Assembly: GCA_030765125.1 (NCBI GenBank)
Contig: JAVCDD010000180.1
Location: forward strand, 7,033 to 71,032
DNA: 64,000 nt
Reading direction: 5' to 3'
DNA from: Candidatus Hatepunaea meridiana
GTDB lineage: Bacteria > Electryoneota > AABM5-125-24 > Hatepunaeales > Hatepunaeaceae
Positions 18,001-21,922 of this stretch are shown in pieces. The notes beneath the pieces are model-generated. The model had not been told where the DNA came from, searched no databases, and worked only from the letters and a program-made list of their open reading frames with translations. Position 1 is the stretch's first letter; each line of letters opens with the position of its first letter. The translations under genes were made by a program, and so were the position numbers.

Positions 18001-19862
18001 AATGTTCCCATATCGGCGCGTGTGCCGTCCGGGTCTTCTGGGGAGTCAGGATCACCTGTATCGATACAGGGGCTGTCGTCAGTCAGGTGATAATCATTAT
18101 TGTCGGGATCGGCAAATAAAGGATCCGTGTCGATGTTGCCTGCACCTGCATACCCACCCTGGACATCGGAGTAGGTAATCGTTTGATTGGCTGGTATATC
18201 GGGTGGATCGTTATCCCAGAAAATCGAGTTAACCATATTAACAACTGCACCGCTGAAAATGCTCAAAGCTCCGTTGCCTTGATCGGCGCTATTGCCTGTT
18301 AAGGTGATGTTTCGTATAGTAGGGCGGGCGTTGGCGTAAGCAATTATTCCTCCGCCTCGATTGACGGCGTTGTTGCCGGTTATCAGGAGATGATCCAGCG
18401 TCGGGGCAGAACCATTACAGAGTATTCCCGCTCCGAAGTTAGCCCTGCCATTGAAGATAGTAAAACCTGACAGGATGGAGTTCACTGTCTCACCGTTGGC
18501 AAAGGTTACTACACTCGTGTTATTCGCATCGCCGTCAATAATAGTTGATTCAACATAATCCGCATCACCCGTTGTAATAAAAAGGCTGCCGACAAGGATT
18601 TCCTTGCCGCTAAAGTTAATATTCTCCGTGTAAGTTCCGGGAGCAACCAGTACAGTATCCGTATCAAGCGCATTATCAATAGCTTCTTGTATAGTATCAT
18701 AATCATCCGGCACGTCTATTCTGTGATCGCGGGGTTCTACGCCCGTTCCTGTTAAAGCAACGTCAAGTTCTTCCTGGTCCGGGTCGTCGGAGGTAATAAT
18801 TAGCGTTCCCTGATAATCCTGCGTTTCCTCAGGGGCAAAGGTTACAATTACATCATAACTGTTATCCGGGTCGATAACTACTTCATCTTCTTCAAAGTCA
18901 TGCGTGAAACCATCTTCATGAATGGTAATATCCATTACAGTCAAGTCGGTGCGTCCAATATTGCTTATAGTAAGAGTTAATTCAGCGTTTTGTTCAAGCT
19001 CAACATCCCCAAAGTTAAGCTCAGCCGGTGACACGGCAATATTCGGTTCTTCCGGCTGATCGAAGTAGAACGCGCCCATATCGGCGCGTGTCTCGTCGGG
19101 ATCATCGTCTGAATTGGGGTCTCCGGTGTCAATACAGGGGGAGTTCTCTGTGATGTAAAAATCACCTTCACCAGGATCGACAAACAACGGATCCTGGTTG
19201 ATGTTTCCATTACCGGCATAACCACCCTGGATGTCGGAATATGTAACGGTCATCCCATTGGGTCTTCCGGCGGGTTGGTTGCCATAGGATATGCAGTTGA
19301 CCATATTAGCCGAGGCGCCGCCGTAGACATGAATTCCCCCATTGCCGCCTTCAGCCGTATTGTTGGCAATCGTAATGTTGGTCAAACTGGGAAGAGCGTC
19401 GCTGGTGCAATAGATGCCACCTCCCCACCTGGCAGCGTGGTTTCCGGTAATGAGCAGATGATCCAGCGTCGGTCGAGCGTTGTTAATGTATAGTCCACCA
19501 CCGTAATTTGCCGAACCGTTTGTGATCGTAAGACCAATCAACCGCGCTTCCGCGCCTACACCACCGCGAATTGAAACAATAGTACCACCACCACCGCCAT
19601 CGATGATAGTATTTTCGATGTGCTCCGGATCGTTTTCGTTCAGGTAGAGACTGGCAACGGTGATTTCCTTATCCAGGAAATTGATGTTTTCAACGTATCT
19701 ACCGGGCTGAATCAGCACGACATCGCCGTCTTCAGCTTCGATTATCGCTTCCTGAATGGTTTCAAAGTCGTCAGGAACGTTTATCACCTCAGCGTAAACG
19801 GTTGATACACCTGTGATTATTGCAAGTATAAAAGTAATAATTAGAGGAAATTTAGGACGCAT
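1..19862 (-). CDS. Giant secreted repetitive surface protein, partial (3' end beyond window start; >6620 codons in window). N-terminal signal peptide, then tandem modules of right-handed parallel beta-helix (pectate-lyase-like, NxxGG-rich) + choice-of-anchor-D/CARDB-like Ig domains (TIxNxG...SNDP) + four LVIVD beta-propellers, then cadherin-like (VNDxPxI) repeats with Arg-rich linkers
   Basis: ATG at 19862 (rc of cat 19860-19862) reads MRPKFPLIITFILAIITGVSTVYA|EVINVPDDFETIQEAI (signal peptide + mature start). The frame reads open by hand translation at several points (19.8 kb, 6.8 kb, 2.6-0 kb). No minus-strand ORF >=60 aa is listed anywhere in 1-19862 although the track lists all ORFs with in-window stops. 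This implies a single uninterrupted frame that leaves the window. All plus-strand ORFs in the region are low-complexity S/T/P-rich antisense artifacts. LVIVD-type motifs (GLRVIDISDPENP) lie at ~3.2-4.1, 5.8-6.7, 9.0-9.85 and 11.55-12.5 kb. Recurrent beta-helix segment starts are at ~19.47, 18.39, 17.02, 15.65, 14.58, 13.2, 10.93, 7.72 and 4.84 kb. Confidence 0.8.
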   Translation of the reverse strand, partial: MRPKFPLIITFILAIITGVSTVYAEVINVPDDFETIQEAIIEAEDGDVVLIQPGRYVENINFLDKEITVASLYLNENDPEHIENTIIDGGGGGTIVSIRGGVGAEARLIGLTITNGSANYGGGLYINNARPTLDHLLITGNHAARWGGGIYCTSDALPSLTNITIANNTAEGGNGGIHVYGGASANMVNCISYGNQPAGRPNGMTVTYSDIQGGYAGNGNINQDPLFVDPGEGDFYITENSPCIDTGDPNSDDDPDETRADMGAFYFDQPEEPNIAVSPAELNFGDVELEQNAELTLTISNIGRTDLTVMDITIHEDGFTHDFEEDEVVIDPDNSYDVIVTFAPEETQDYQGTLIITSDDPDQEELDVALTGTGVEPRDHRIDVPDDYDTIQEAIDNALDTDTVLVAPGTYTENINFSGKEILVGSLFITTGDADYVESTIIDGDANNTSVVTFANGETVNSILSGFTIFNGRANFGAGILCNGSAPTLDHLLITGNNAVNRGGGIIAYANARPTIRNITLTGNSADQGNGALSIFSGAVVNMVNSIFWDNDPPDIPANQTITYSDVQGGYAGAGNIDTDPLFADPDNNDYHLTDDSPCIDTGDPDSPEDPDGTRADMGTFPLFQAEGPSIVVSPEALDFAEVVVDQSADLTLTIRNRGREDLNVSDITIEGNIFRSDFDNEVDIEPGNTYEVTVTFQPDDTGDFNGTLVITSNDPDNEELEVNLTGIGVEAIPSIDPFPDALDFGAVVVNGDADLILTIANVGFGDLTVSDVTFEGDNFSSDFENEVVIEPDDSYELTVTFSPDDVGDFNGTLTIASDDPENEELAVALSGIGRSFRINVPDDYDTIQEAIDNAIDTDTVLVAPGTYTENINFGGKEIVVGSQFITTGNADFVESTIIDGDGNITSVVTFANGETVNSVLSGFTIRNGGANFGAGILCNGGSPMLDHLLITDNHSVRWGGAIIAYGGGSPTMRNVTLTGNDSEQNSGTLDVFGGSVVTIVNSIFWDNDPPDIPANQTITFSDIQGGYNGRGNIDTDPLFVDPDNDDFHLTDDSPCKDTGNPDAPEDPDGTRADMGTFPLFQVEGPSIVVSPEALDFAEVVVDQGADLTLTIRNRGREDLRVSDITIEGDNFRSNFENAVVIEPGNTSEVIVTFQPNATGDFAGTLVITSNDPDNEDLEVNLTGIGVEAIPAIVVLPDALDFGAIPVDDEAGLILTISNTGFGDLTISDVTIEGDNFISDFENEVVIEPDDSYELNVTFSPDDVGDFNGTLTIASNDPENEDLAVALSGSGRDYIINVPDDYDTIQEAIDNAVDGDTVLVQPETYTEIIDFIGKNIVVGSLYITTGDPDYIASTIIDGDANGRSVTVFRNGETNEAVLAGFTIRNADTDFGGGSYIRDASPTLHHLLITANHVSGRGAGIYATTGAQPLLNNITFTNNDADGANGGIGVGGGGAQTQVINSIFWGNTPAALPGGQTITYSDVQGGYAGAGNLDSDPLFADFDNDDFQLTEDSPCINAGDPNSPQDPDETRNDMGAFYFELPEEPNISVIPAQLIFGEVELELSAELSLTIRNNGRTDLTVTDITIEGDVFTHDFEEDEIVIEPDNSYDVTVTFAPDDIEDYQGTLTITSDDPNEEEVDVALTGTGIEPLDHVHDVPDDFDTIQEAIDNAIDTDTVLVAPGTYTENINFNGKEIIVGSLFITTGDADYVESTIIDGDANNTSVVTFANGETVNSILSGFTIRNGAADFGGGILCNGGSPILDHLLITDNHTVRWGGAIIAYGGGSPTMTNVTLTRNDSEQNNGVLDVFGGSVVTIVNSIFWDNAPPDIPANQTITFSDIQGGYNGRGNIDTDPLFVDPDNDDFHLTDDSPCKDTGNPDAPEDPDGTRADMGTFPLFQAEGPSIVVSPEALDFAEVVVDQSADLILTIRNRGRENLNVSDITIEGDIFSSDFENEVVIEPGNTSDVTVTFQPDDTGDLAGTLVITSNDPDNENLDVNLTGIGVEAIPAIDVSPDALDFGAVPIDDEADLILTISNTGFGDLTISDITIEGDNFISDFENEIVIQPNESRELTVTFSPDDIDDFVGTLTIASDDPENEDLAVALSGSGRDFIINVPDDYDTIQEAIDNAADGDTVLVQPETYTEIIDFIGKNIVVGSLYITTGDPDYIASTIIDGDANGRSVTVFRNGETNEAVLAGFTIRNADTDFGGGSYIRGANPTLHHLLITGNHVSGRGAGIYVTTGAQPLLNNITFTNNDADGGNGGIGVGGGGAQTQAVNSIFWGNTPAALPGGQTITYSDVQGGYNGAGNIDQDPLFADFDNDDFQLTEDSPCIDVGDPNSPQDSDETRADMGAFYYQQQPQPPTIRISPGALDFGESAIDIDRDLILTITNVGNEDLIITDITIQGDEVFQTVFEDEITIEPDNSIEQTVTFTPVETIDYAGTLTITSNDPQNEEIEVDLTGIGTGPQIRQVGHYETPGMSEGVYVSRGLAYIADYWEGMQIVDVSDPGQPQAVGSYDTPGEATGIDVAGSYAYVADAASGLRIIDISDPENPNEVGTFDTPGAAYAVYYKDNLAYVADGASGLRIIDVSNPDDPDEIGAFDTPGQAFSVYVSGDYAYLADQAGGLRIIDVSDPENPDEVSNLEMPSRAYGVFAAGDYAYVAASGSGLRIINVSNPAEPEEVGFVNTPGSSESVFVAHDFAYVADGDEGLRLIDVSNPAEPEEIGFHDTPGYAIGLYVSGNYAYITDEDEGLYIFNCSEVTGGIVEYPEITIDPEAIGFPDTEVGRTSLSVITISNTGDTDLYITDVTFEGDYFSSDFTDEIIIEPVGQTFLSVVFSPTETGDHEATMTITSDDPDNGELAVALSGTGIEAQPREYNVPDDFETIQAAIDEAIDIDRVLVDPGVYNENINFRGKNITVASQYIESDDPDDIASTIIDGGDNGRSVVAFRNGETDEAELIGFTIRNGSTDFGGGLYINDASPTLDHLVIYGNSSTSRGGGIYATNNANPDLNFITLYGNTANEEVGAINIFAGASATIGNSIVWGNQPAGMPNGLTVAYCDIEGGYAGVDNLDSDPIFADTDNNDFYITEDSPCVDAADPDAPEDPDTTRADMGALYFFQEAAPVIAVTPAELVFPNTVVGHETDMILTIDNNEGRAPLTVSDISIAGDYFTSDFDGEVVIEPDEPYELTVTFAPDATGDLQATLTITSDDPDNGELDVNLSGLGVAPILTHDPESLNFGEVVIDQTVELILTIGNDGDGDLTISDISIGHDNFSSIFEDIDEEMIVEPDATFELPVRFTPDSENNFEGTLTITSDDPDNGEVDVALVGVGREPAIPEVGHYNTNGVTFGIDIVGDIAYLADNAGGLRIIDISDPENPDEIGFCETPGNAYDVVVSDNLAFVADYESGLRIIDVSNPEEPDEIGSCDTPDWAEGIAVSGDYVYIADGRSGLQAINISDPEDPRLTGSFNTPQIARDVVIVDEIAYVADNQTGLILINARNLGGLGIYDTPGAALGVSVIENYAYVADYTEGLRIIDISNPDELVEVGSQDTRDYARDLTVVGNIAYVACFTPAGQSSLRLIDVSDPENPDEVGNHRTQHSWDVSVVGNYAYVADGNNGLLILDVSDFVQYPEITLSDEAFDFGEVVTGETEDLTLTISNDGNWELTISDISIRGAQTFLTDFDEEIVIQPFEDFELTVTFAPEEVNDFDATLTILSDDPDDPEVEVALSGSGVAPDITVNRNSFPFGDCLVGQISTLPLIITNDGNSDLTVSDISIEGQYFSSDFEEEFVIAPDGNRQFNVNFQPNETGDFEGTLTITSNDPDEGEINIPLTGSGLTPDIAVDPEALAFPETEMGRSSQLAITISNEGNIELTVSDITIAGAYYSSDFLNPIVIQPDESSEVNVTFLPGETGDLQAVLTITSDDPDEGEVTVDLSGTGIETEARTVNVPDDYETIQEAIDVSIAGDIVLVQPGTYEENVNFNGIDVTVGSLYLTTGEAEYIESTIIDGGANGRSTVVFRNGETEAAILTGFTVRNADTDWGGGIYCNGDQTTPTLDHLAIVDNVASGRGGGLYATSGSIPILVNVTISGNTANSDNAAIGIGGGGASAQVINSIIWGNEPPDLQNGMTITFSDIEGSYAGAGNIEEDPLFADADNSDYQILRNSPCVDTGDPNADQDPDETRADMGALYYHQAQEPNLMVNPNELNFGQVSGGESADLTLTLSNDGLVELNVSDIAIEGNYFSSDFDEAFVIQPDEEFDLTVTFAPQESGDFEATLTISSDDPDEEVIAIALTGTGVVPIIVVEPEQLDFGAIQIERSIDQRLTISNEGDGPLTVSDVTVEGVWFSSSFEDPIVIDPVGQTFLSVTFAPQEAGDFEGTLTITSNDPENGEIIVQLSGAGREPDIDEVGNYDTDGTAYGVTVIEDFAFVADGDGGLRVIDITDPENPDEVASAGDIGTAMSVVVSEDYAFVAADENGLQVIDVFDPGDPNPTGEFDTPGNAVDVAVVGTIAYIADMESGLRVVNISNRAHPSEVGSFNTEGLAHAVTVIGEYAYVADGANGLLVLNISDPENIEETGRYDTPDIATEIFIIESIAYVTDNESGLHILDISDPENIEELGELDTPDRAVAVTVLGRFAYVADMESGLQVIDISDLGNIGETASYNTPDEAYDVSVIGTHAYVADGASGLRILNVTDFMPHPAITVSTYNLDFGEVVIDDNARMNLTIGNEGEGPLTVSEVTIEGDNFNSDFEDAINIEPDDNTDLIVTFSPDAVADFEGIITIASNDPEEDEITITLTGSGVAPDIAVEPEILEFGEVSIDDSEELILTIRNEGAADLTVSEVTIRGSETFVPTFENAIVIQPEGQASLPVTFTPDDIGDFEAFMTLISDDPDERVTTIELTGIGIPGRHLFNVPDDYGTIQAAINAVENGDTVLVHSGTYSERINFIGKEIVVASLLLTTGDQAYIESTIIDGNAGGSVVTLRDGIGVDAVLMGFTIRNGNSNYGGGIYINDAAPTLDHLLIQGNNARRWGGAIYSTHDSDPTLINVTITGNIGETGNGGIHTYDNSSAQIVNSIFWGNQPGATPAGLTIAYSDIQGGYAGAGNIDSDPLFADIDNDDYSLTRNSPCIDSGDPDAPDDPDETQADMGAFYFHQEPEAGITVTPASLDFGGVAVHQRSDLILTIGNEGNADLTVSDISIDENYFSSNFEDELVIEPEGSFELIVSFIPEETGDFTATMTISSDDPNNDELTVDLTGTGREPQIDEVGSYDTPGDAQGIFVVNDFAYVADGNSGLRMIDVTDPENPDEIGFYNTPGTSRAVFVIGNYAYVADFGSGLRIIDISDPENPEEVGALERWQMYAWDVCVEGDYAYVADESQGSSALSIIDISDPENPDEISTVETPGNSRGVDVNGNYAYLAAAGGGLRIIDVSNPEDPDEIGSFDTPGQAWDVVIVGDYAYVAQWNDGLIVVDVSDPENPAEVGSFDTEGEATGIDVRGNSAFVCDGEEGLGIIDVSDPEDMSEIAAHNTDGLSKRVQIVGDMAYVADGENGLVIIDVTDFVPHPAIVISPNVLDFGNVSIHESEELILTISNEGNGDLTIFEITSDGEDFSFDFAEELTIESEDNYELTVTFAPEDAGVFRDVITISSNDPDNAELTVDIAGIAINDPPEVVNPIDDVEIDEDSGLLEVADLDEIFVDPNGVDLTFSVEGTEELNLEISDENILTLRPEDDFYGENLIVTVTADDEENGGRLMVNVQPSRSLAEIGGQYTYFMSALEKNDGPLTEIGILSPYFNPPPRRDETVSDEFTVTVNPLNDPPVWESYPEDNRYEVNEGNVARFELIAQDDVDNNNDLTIEFSDRGGLPDEAELNDNEHGTASFTWQTTFEDEGEYTPIFTVSDGEEDVDLEITIAVGNFNRPPEVVNPIDDIDIDEDAGVIEIADLDDVFDDPDGDDLEFDIIEANEIQELNANIDIETHILSVEPDPNYFGESEVIIEAEDSWGQRIMIAARINNQHSTFNIQHSKFILHSSPPRRDESITDEFTINVLSINDDPVIEDDQGEALGDEIDVDVTEEEELHIVFQASDVEDDVNDLVWSVFDEGELPDGWEFADNDDGTAEFTWTPGADDSRDDPYTPVFRVTDTDDGTDDLTVNITVNNINQPPRVVSPIADMRVPEDFGQFEVAVLDEVFEDPDDDDLSFSVEADEPLTAEIDDDNMLLLEAPENFNGDDLEVTVTADDDQGGRALMVFRPSYNSGNAVKTSALRTACMVSASGNAYATDIQHSKSKIQNSSSPRRDDSIDDVFLVTITPVNDPPFWVDPLDEVNVDEGDEIEFTLTADDFDIEFEGDELELLMLVDDGTEDRGAEFTDNGDNTGTFNWQTDLDDEGEYSPIFEVSDQGGRRTRATVDITVGHVNQPPILVEEIPDQEFDEDDGERLIADLNDHFVDPDDDDDLEFQESDAEGLSIRIVQGRLYVQPEADWNGNVDVTITASDGEETAEDVFEVVVNAINDAPRIVEQIENIRIDEDPDRVDVADLDEVFYDIEEDEMNFSVIDAPEELNMEVDQFNVLHFEPEPNYNIPDGVEITIRATDEPGASTDLDFRLVINPVNDPPEIIEDIGDIILDEDPDPRR
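1002..1172 (-). repeat. Coding low-complexity linker 1 of gene 1 (GGRALMV...SSSPRRDD) containing a degenerate heptanucleotide array (1027-1054: ttttgga ttttgga ttttgaa tgttgaa)
   Basis: Hand translation of rc 1002-1172: QGGRALMVFRPSYNSGNAVKTSALRTACMVSASGNAYATDIQHSKSKIQNSSSPRRDDSIDD. Tandem 7-mers are visible in the sequence. Confidence 0.7.
1786..1895 (-). repeat. Coding linker 2 of gene 1 (GQRIMIAARINNQHSTFNIQHSKFILHSSPPRRDE) containing a perfect heptanucleotide microsatellite (ttgaatg)x4 at 1822-1849
   Basis: Direct reading of the sequence. In-frame translation gives the low-complexity peptide ending in PRRD. Confidence 0.75.
2511..2600 (-). mobile_element. In-frame palindromic MITE-like element inside gene 1 coding sequence: 27-bp perfect inverted repeats (gaaatagggggacagtatacctatttc / gaaataggtatactgtccccctatttc) around a 36-nt spacer. 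Total 90 nt = 30 codons
   Basis: Arms 2511-2537 and 2574-2600 are exact reverse complements. The same arms flank an intergenic copy at 23858-23943. Translation through the element stays open (GGRLMVNVQPSRSLAEIGGQYTYFMSALEKNDGPLTEIGILSPYFNPPPRRDETVSDEF). Confidence 0.8.
6784..6808 (-). repeat. 25-nt palindromic motif gacagacaggaatgtctgtcctacc inside gene 1 coding sequence, identical to the copy at 11373-11397. Related copies are intergenic at 35253-35364 and 56609-56640
   Basis: Exact string match. Hairpin gacagaca-GGAA-tgtctgtc. Encodes GQTFLSV within a CARDB-like beta-strand. Confidence 0.7.
11373..11397 (-). repeat. Second exact coding copy of the gacagacaggaatgtctgtcctacc palindrome. A degenerate third copy lies at 11509-11533
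   Basis: Exact string match to 6784-6808. Confidence 0.7.
13500..18300 (-). repeat. Intragenic tandem duplications in gene 1: ~0.9-kb segments (approx. 13.5-14.4, 15.96-16.9, 17.34-18.25 kb) with ~85-95% nucleotide identity, encoding beta-helix + CARDB-like modules
   Basis: Near-identical runs, e.g. 14041-14460 vs 16480-16900. Antisense artifact ORFs 13531..14277, 16150..16719 and 17794..18090 share near-identical peptide strings. Confidence 0.75.
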
Positions 19863-20000
19863 GATGGGTACCTTTTGTATGATTTCTCGATTGAATTGTG
19901 AAGGTTATGATTGTAGATTATCTACAAAACAGCATTATAATTTAACTCTAAACCAGGTTCAAAGTCAAGTCTTTTCATAAGATGAAAATAGAAACTGAAA

Positions 20001-20082
20001 TCGAGAGACAGTATGCTTGTTTTTACCCATTTCCTTAATAAAGTTCCAGATTGTAATAAAATCAGGTATACTGTCCCCGATT
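20001..20082. repeat. Degenerate member of the GGGGACAGTATAC hairpin element family (arms gagagacagtatgc / caggtatactgtcccc) in the intergenic region upstream of gene 1
   Basis: Inverted repeat visible in the sequence, related to the 2511-2600 and 23858-23943 elements. Confidence 0.5.
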
Positions 20083-20317
20083 CCTTGATTCCTGTGAATA
20101 GATTTACCAATAGGTGTGAATCAGATTCGCATTTGAAAGGATAAAAACGTGTTCAGTTTAAACTGTTAGAGGATATGCTTTGAGTTACCAGTAGGAAGAA
20201 ATGATAACTTGAAACAGATAATAATAACCTAATAAGATGTGCAAAAACCTTGCCGGTTTATTCTATCACTGCGTTGAAAGGAAGCGTCGGGAAGGGCAGA
20301 CATTCTTGTCCGTCACG

Positions 20318-20704
20318 TTAATGATCTTTGTGTTTGTAGTGTCTCTTCCCTTGAGCAGAGCTAACGCTTATCTTCAACGTAGAAGTTGTAATCGGAGGAA
20401 CAAGATCGTTTTTTACCTTCTCAACAGCTTCTCTGACTTTCATACCATGACAAGAATAGACTGTCCAGCCGAAGTTGGCACAATTAGTGAAAGCTCCCGG
20501 TCCAATGTTGCCTACGATGATGCGACCTATATTCATACCTTGAAAACTATCCAAGCCGCGGAATGGTTCTTTTTCTCCTCCGCCCCTTATCGCACTAAAT
20601 TCCATCGTTTCAGGATCAACTATCAGATAATAGGATGCGTGACCGAAGCGTTTGTGAATCTTTGCATCTAAGCTTGGTTCGGTTGCGGTTACTAAGTATT
20701 TCAT
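20318..20704 (-). CDS. NifX/NifB-like dinitrogenase FeMo-cofactor-binding domain protein (128 aa)
   Basis: MKYLVTATEPSLDAKIHKRFGHASYYLIVDPETMEFSAIRGGGEKEPF...GIIVGNIGPGAF matches the PF02579-type pattern (MKIAVxS...HFGHAxxFxIyD...GGG...IGxGA). ATG at 20704 with an AAGGAAA SD. Confidence 0.7.
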   Translation of the reverse strand: MKYLVTATEPSLDAKIHKRFGHASYYLIVDPETMEFSAIRGGGEKEPFRGLDSFQGMNIGRIIVGNIGPGAFTNCANFGWTVYSCHGMKVREAVEKVKNDLVPPITTSTLKISVSSAQGKRHYKHKDH

Positions 20705-20726
20705 TGTGTTTTCCTTGATAATAAAC

Positions 20727-20806
20727 GTACTGAGTGCGCGCTTTAGGGCGTAAAGTTAATAATATAAACATAGTCAACACGCACTAAAGTGCGCACTCTG
20801 AACACA
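20727..20806. repeat. Hairpin MITE/REP-like element (arms gagtgcgcgctttag / ctaaagtgcgcactc) overlapping the radical-SAM stop codon
   Basis: Inverted repeats 20732-20746 and 20784-20798, with agagt/actct-type termini. Confidence 0.6.
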
Positions 20807-21824
20807 TGTATCGTTTAGGACAATCTCTACAGGGAACCGGTGGAAAATCGGAATTGACAGCTTTACGGAAATCGTGATATTCCTTACTATGCCAGATCGT
20901 AGAAAGAGACTGTTTGTTAATATTCCCAAATGTGAGAGGTTGATAATTATACTCTATTTTACCACTATAGTATAGAGCATTCTCAACTGGTAAACAAGTG
21001 AATACACAGGGAGATATATCACCGTTTGAAGATACGAAAAGAGCATTCTGTGAGCGCTCTGTGCATTGGGAAAGGTAGTTTTCCGGAGATCGTATCCGGT
21101 AATGTATTCTAACATTATTATCCGCTGCTGAACGTACAATCGTATCAAGTTGTACACATAGTTCATTAAATTCATTCATCGTTTTCGGCGCTATGGTCTC
21201 ACCGACAAGTTGAGTGGATGGAACGAAATCCAGTGTACTGATGATTCCTTCACTGACACCTGTTCCCTTCAACAACTCCGGCAGATTGTATATTTCATTC
21301 AATCCGCTTCGTAAAAGCAAATATGCAATATGAACTCTTGGCAGGTTCGATCCGTTCTTTTTCTTCAACCTGTCTAACTTGCGGATGGTTGTCAAGACCT
21401 GGTCAAGAGTTGTTCCAACTCGTATCCTGTCATTAGCTTCAGTTGCACCTGCCAGCGAGAATGCAATAATATCAATTTGACTAACTACCAAATGATCAAG
21501 CATTTCATCATCCAGGAGCATTCCATTAGTAGAAGTGCCTACTGTACAACCACTTTCCTTCACCATTGTTGCCATTTCAAAGAAGTTACGATTCATAAAC
21601 GGTTCACCCCAACCTTGCAAGAAAACCAAGCGGGTTTTACTGAAAACAGGTTGCAGCCGCTCGAAAGTACTCAACGGCATATATCGGTTTTGCCAACTAT
21701 CACGGTAAATGGTGTGAGGACAATAGATACAGGAAGCATTGCAGTAAGAGCTGATCTCAACCTGTATCCAATCTAAACGGGGGTTGCGTAGAGAAGTCCA
21801 TTGGTTTTGCAGATGTTTGAACAT
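20784..21824 (-). CDS. Radical SAM enzyme with C-terminal SPASM/twitch-type Cys-rich domain (peptide- or protein-modifying maturase class, e.g. anSME-like)
   Basis: CxxxCxxC motif (SSYCNASCIYCPH) near the N-terminus. C-terminal cysteines (CTERS...SPCVFTC...PCRDCPKRYMCSEC). ATG at 21822-21824. Confidence 0.8.
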   Translation of the reverse strand: MFKHLQNQWTSLRNPRLDWIQVEISSYCNASCIYCPHTIYRDSWQNRYMPLSTFERLQPVFSKTRLVFLQGWGEPFMNRNFFEMATMVKESGCTVGTSTNGMLLDDEMLDHLVVSQIDIIAFSLAGATEANDRIRVGTTLDQVLTTIRKLDRLKKKNGSNLPRVHIAYLLLRSGLNEIYNLPELLKGTGVSEGIISTLDFVPSTQLVGETIAPKTMNEFNELCVQLDTIVRSAADNNVRIHYRIRSPENYLSQCTERSQNALFVSSNGDISPCVFTCLPVENALYYSGKIEYNYQPLTFGNINKQSLSTIWHSKEYHDFRKAVNSDFPPVPCRDCPKRYMCSECAL

Positions 21825-21851
21825 TTGGGGTTTGGGTTTAGCGTGGTAAAA

Positions 21852-21918
21852 CCAGCCTGATGGTTGAACTCTGAACTTGAAAACAGCCTAAGGGCTGGAC
21901 TCTGAACTCTAAACTCTG
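21852..21918. repeat. Tandem pair of AGAGTCCAGCC-TTCAGG-CTG family hairpin elements between the OYE and rSAM genes
   Basis: cagcctgatggttgaactct / cagcctaagggctggactctgaactctaaactctg. Same family as 25746-25808, 50889-50917 and 63788-63891. Confidence 0.55.
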
Positions 21919-21922
21919 TACT

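Noticed and set aside
1-19862. CRISPR array suspected from strong periodic repetition
   Set aside because: The repeats are long (0.9-3 kb), are coding, and lack short conserved direct repeats with unique spacers. No cas genes.
20237-20671. 144-aa plus-strand ORF overlapping the nifX-like gene
   Set aside because: Antisense to a gene with a clear family signature and an SD. The composition is not protein-like.
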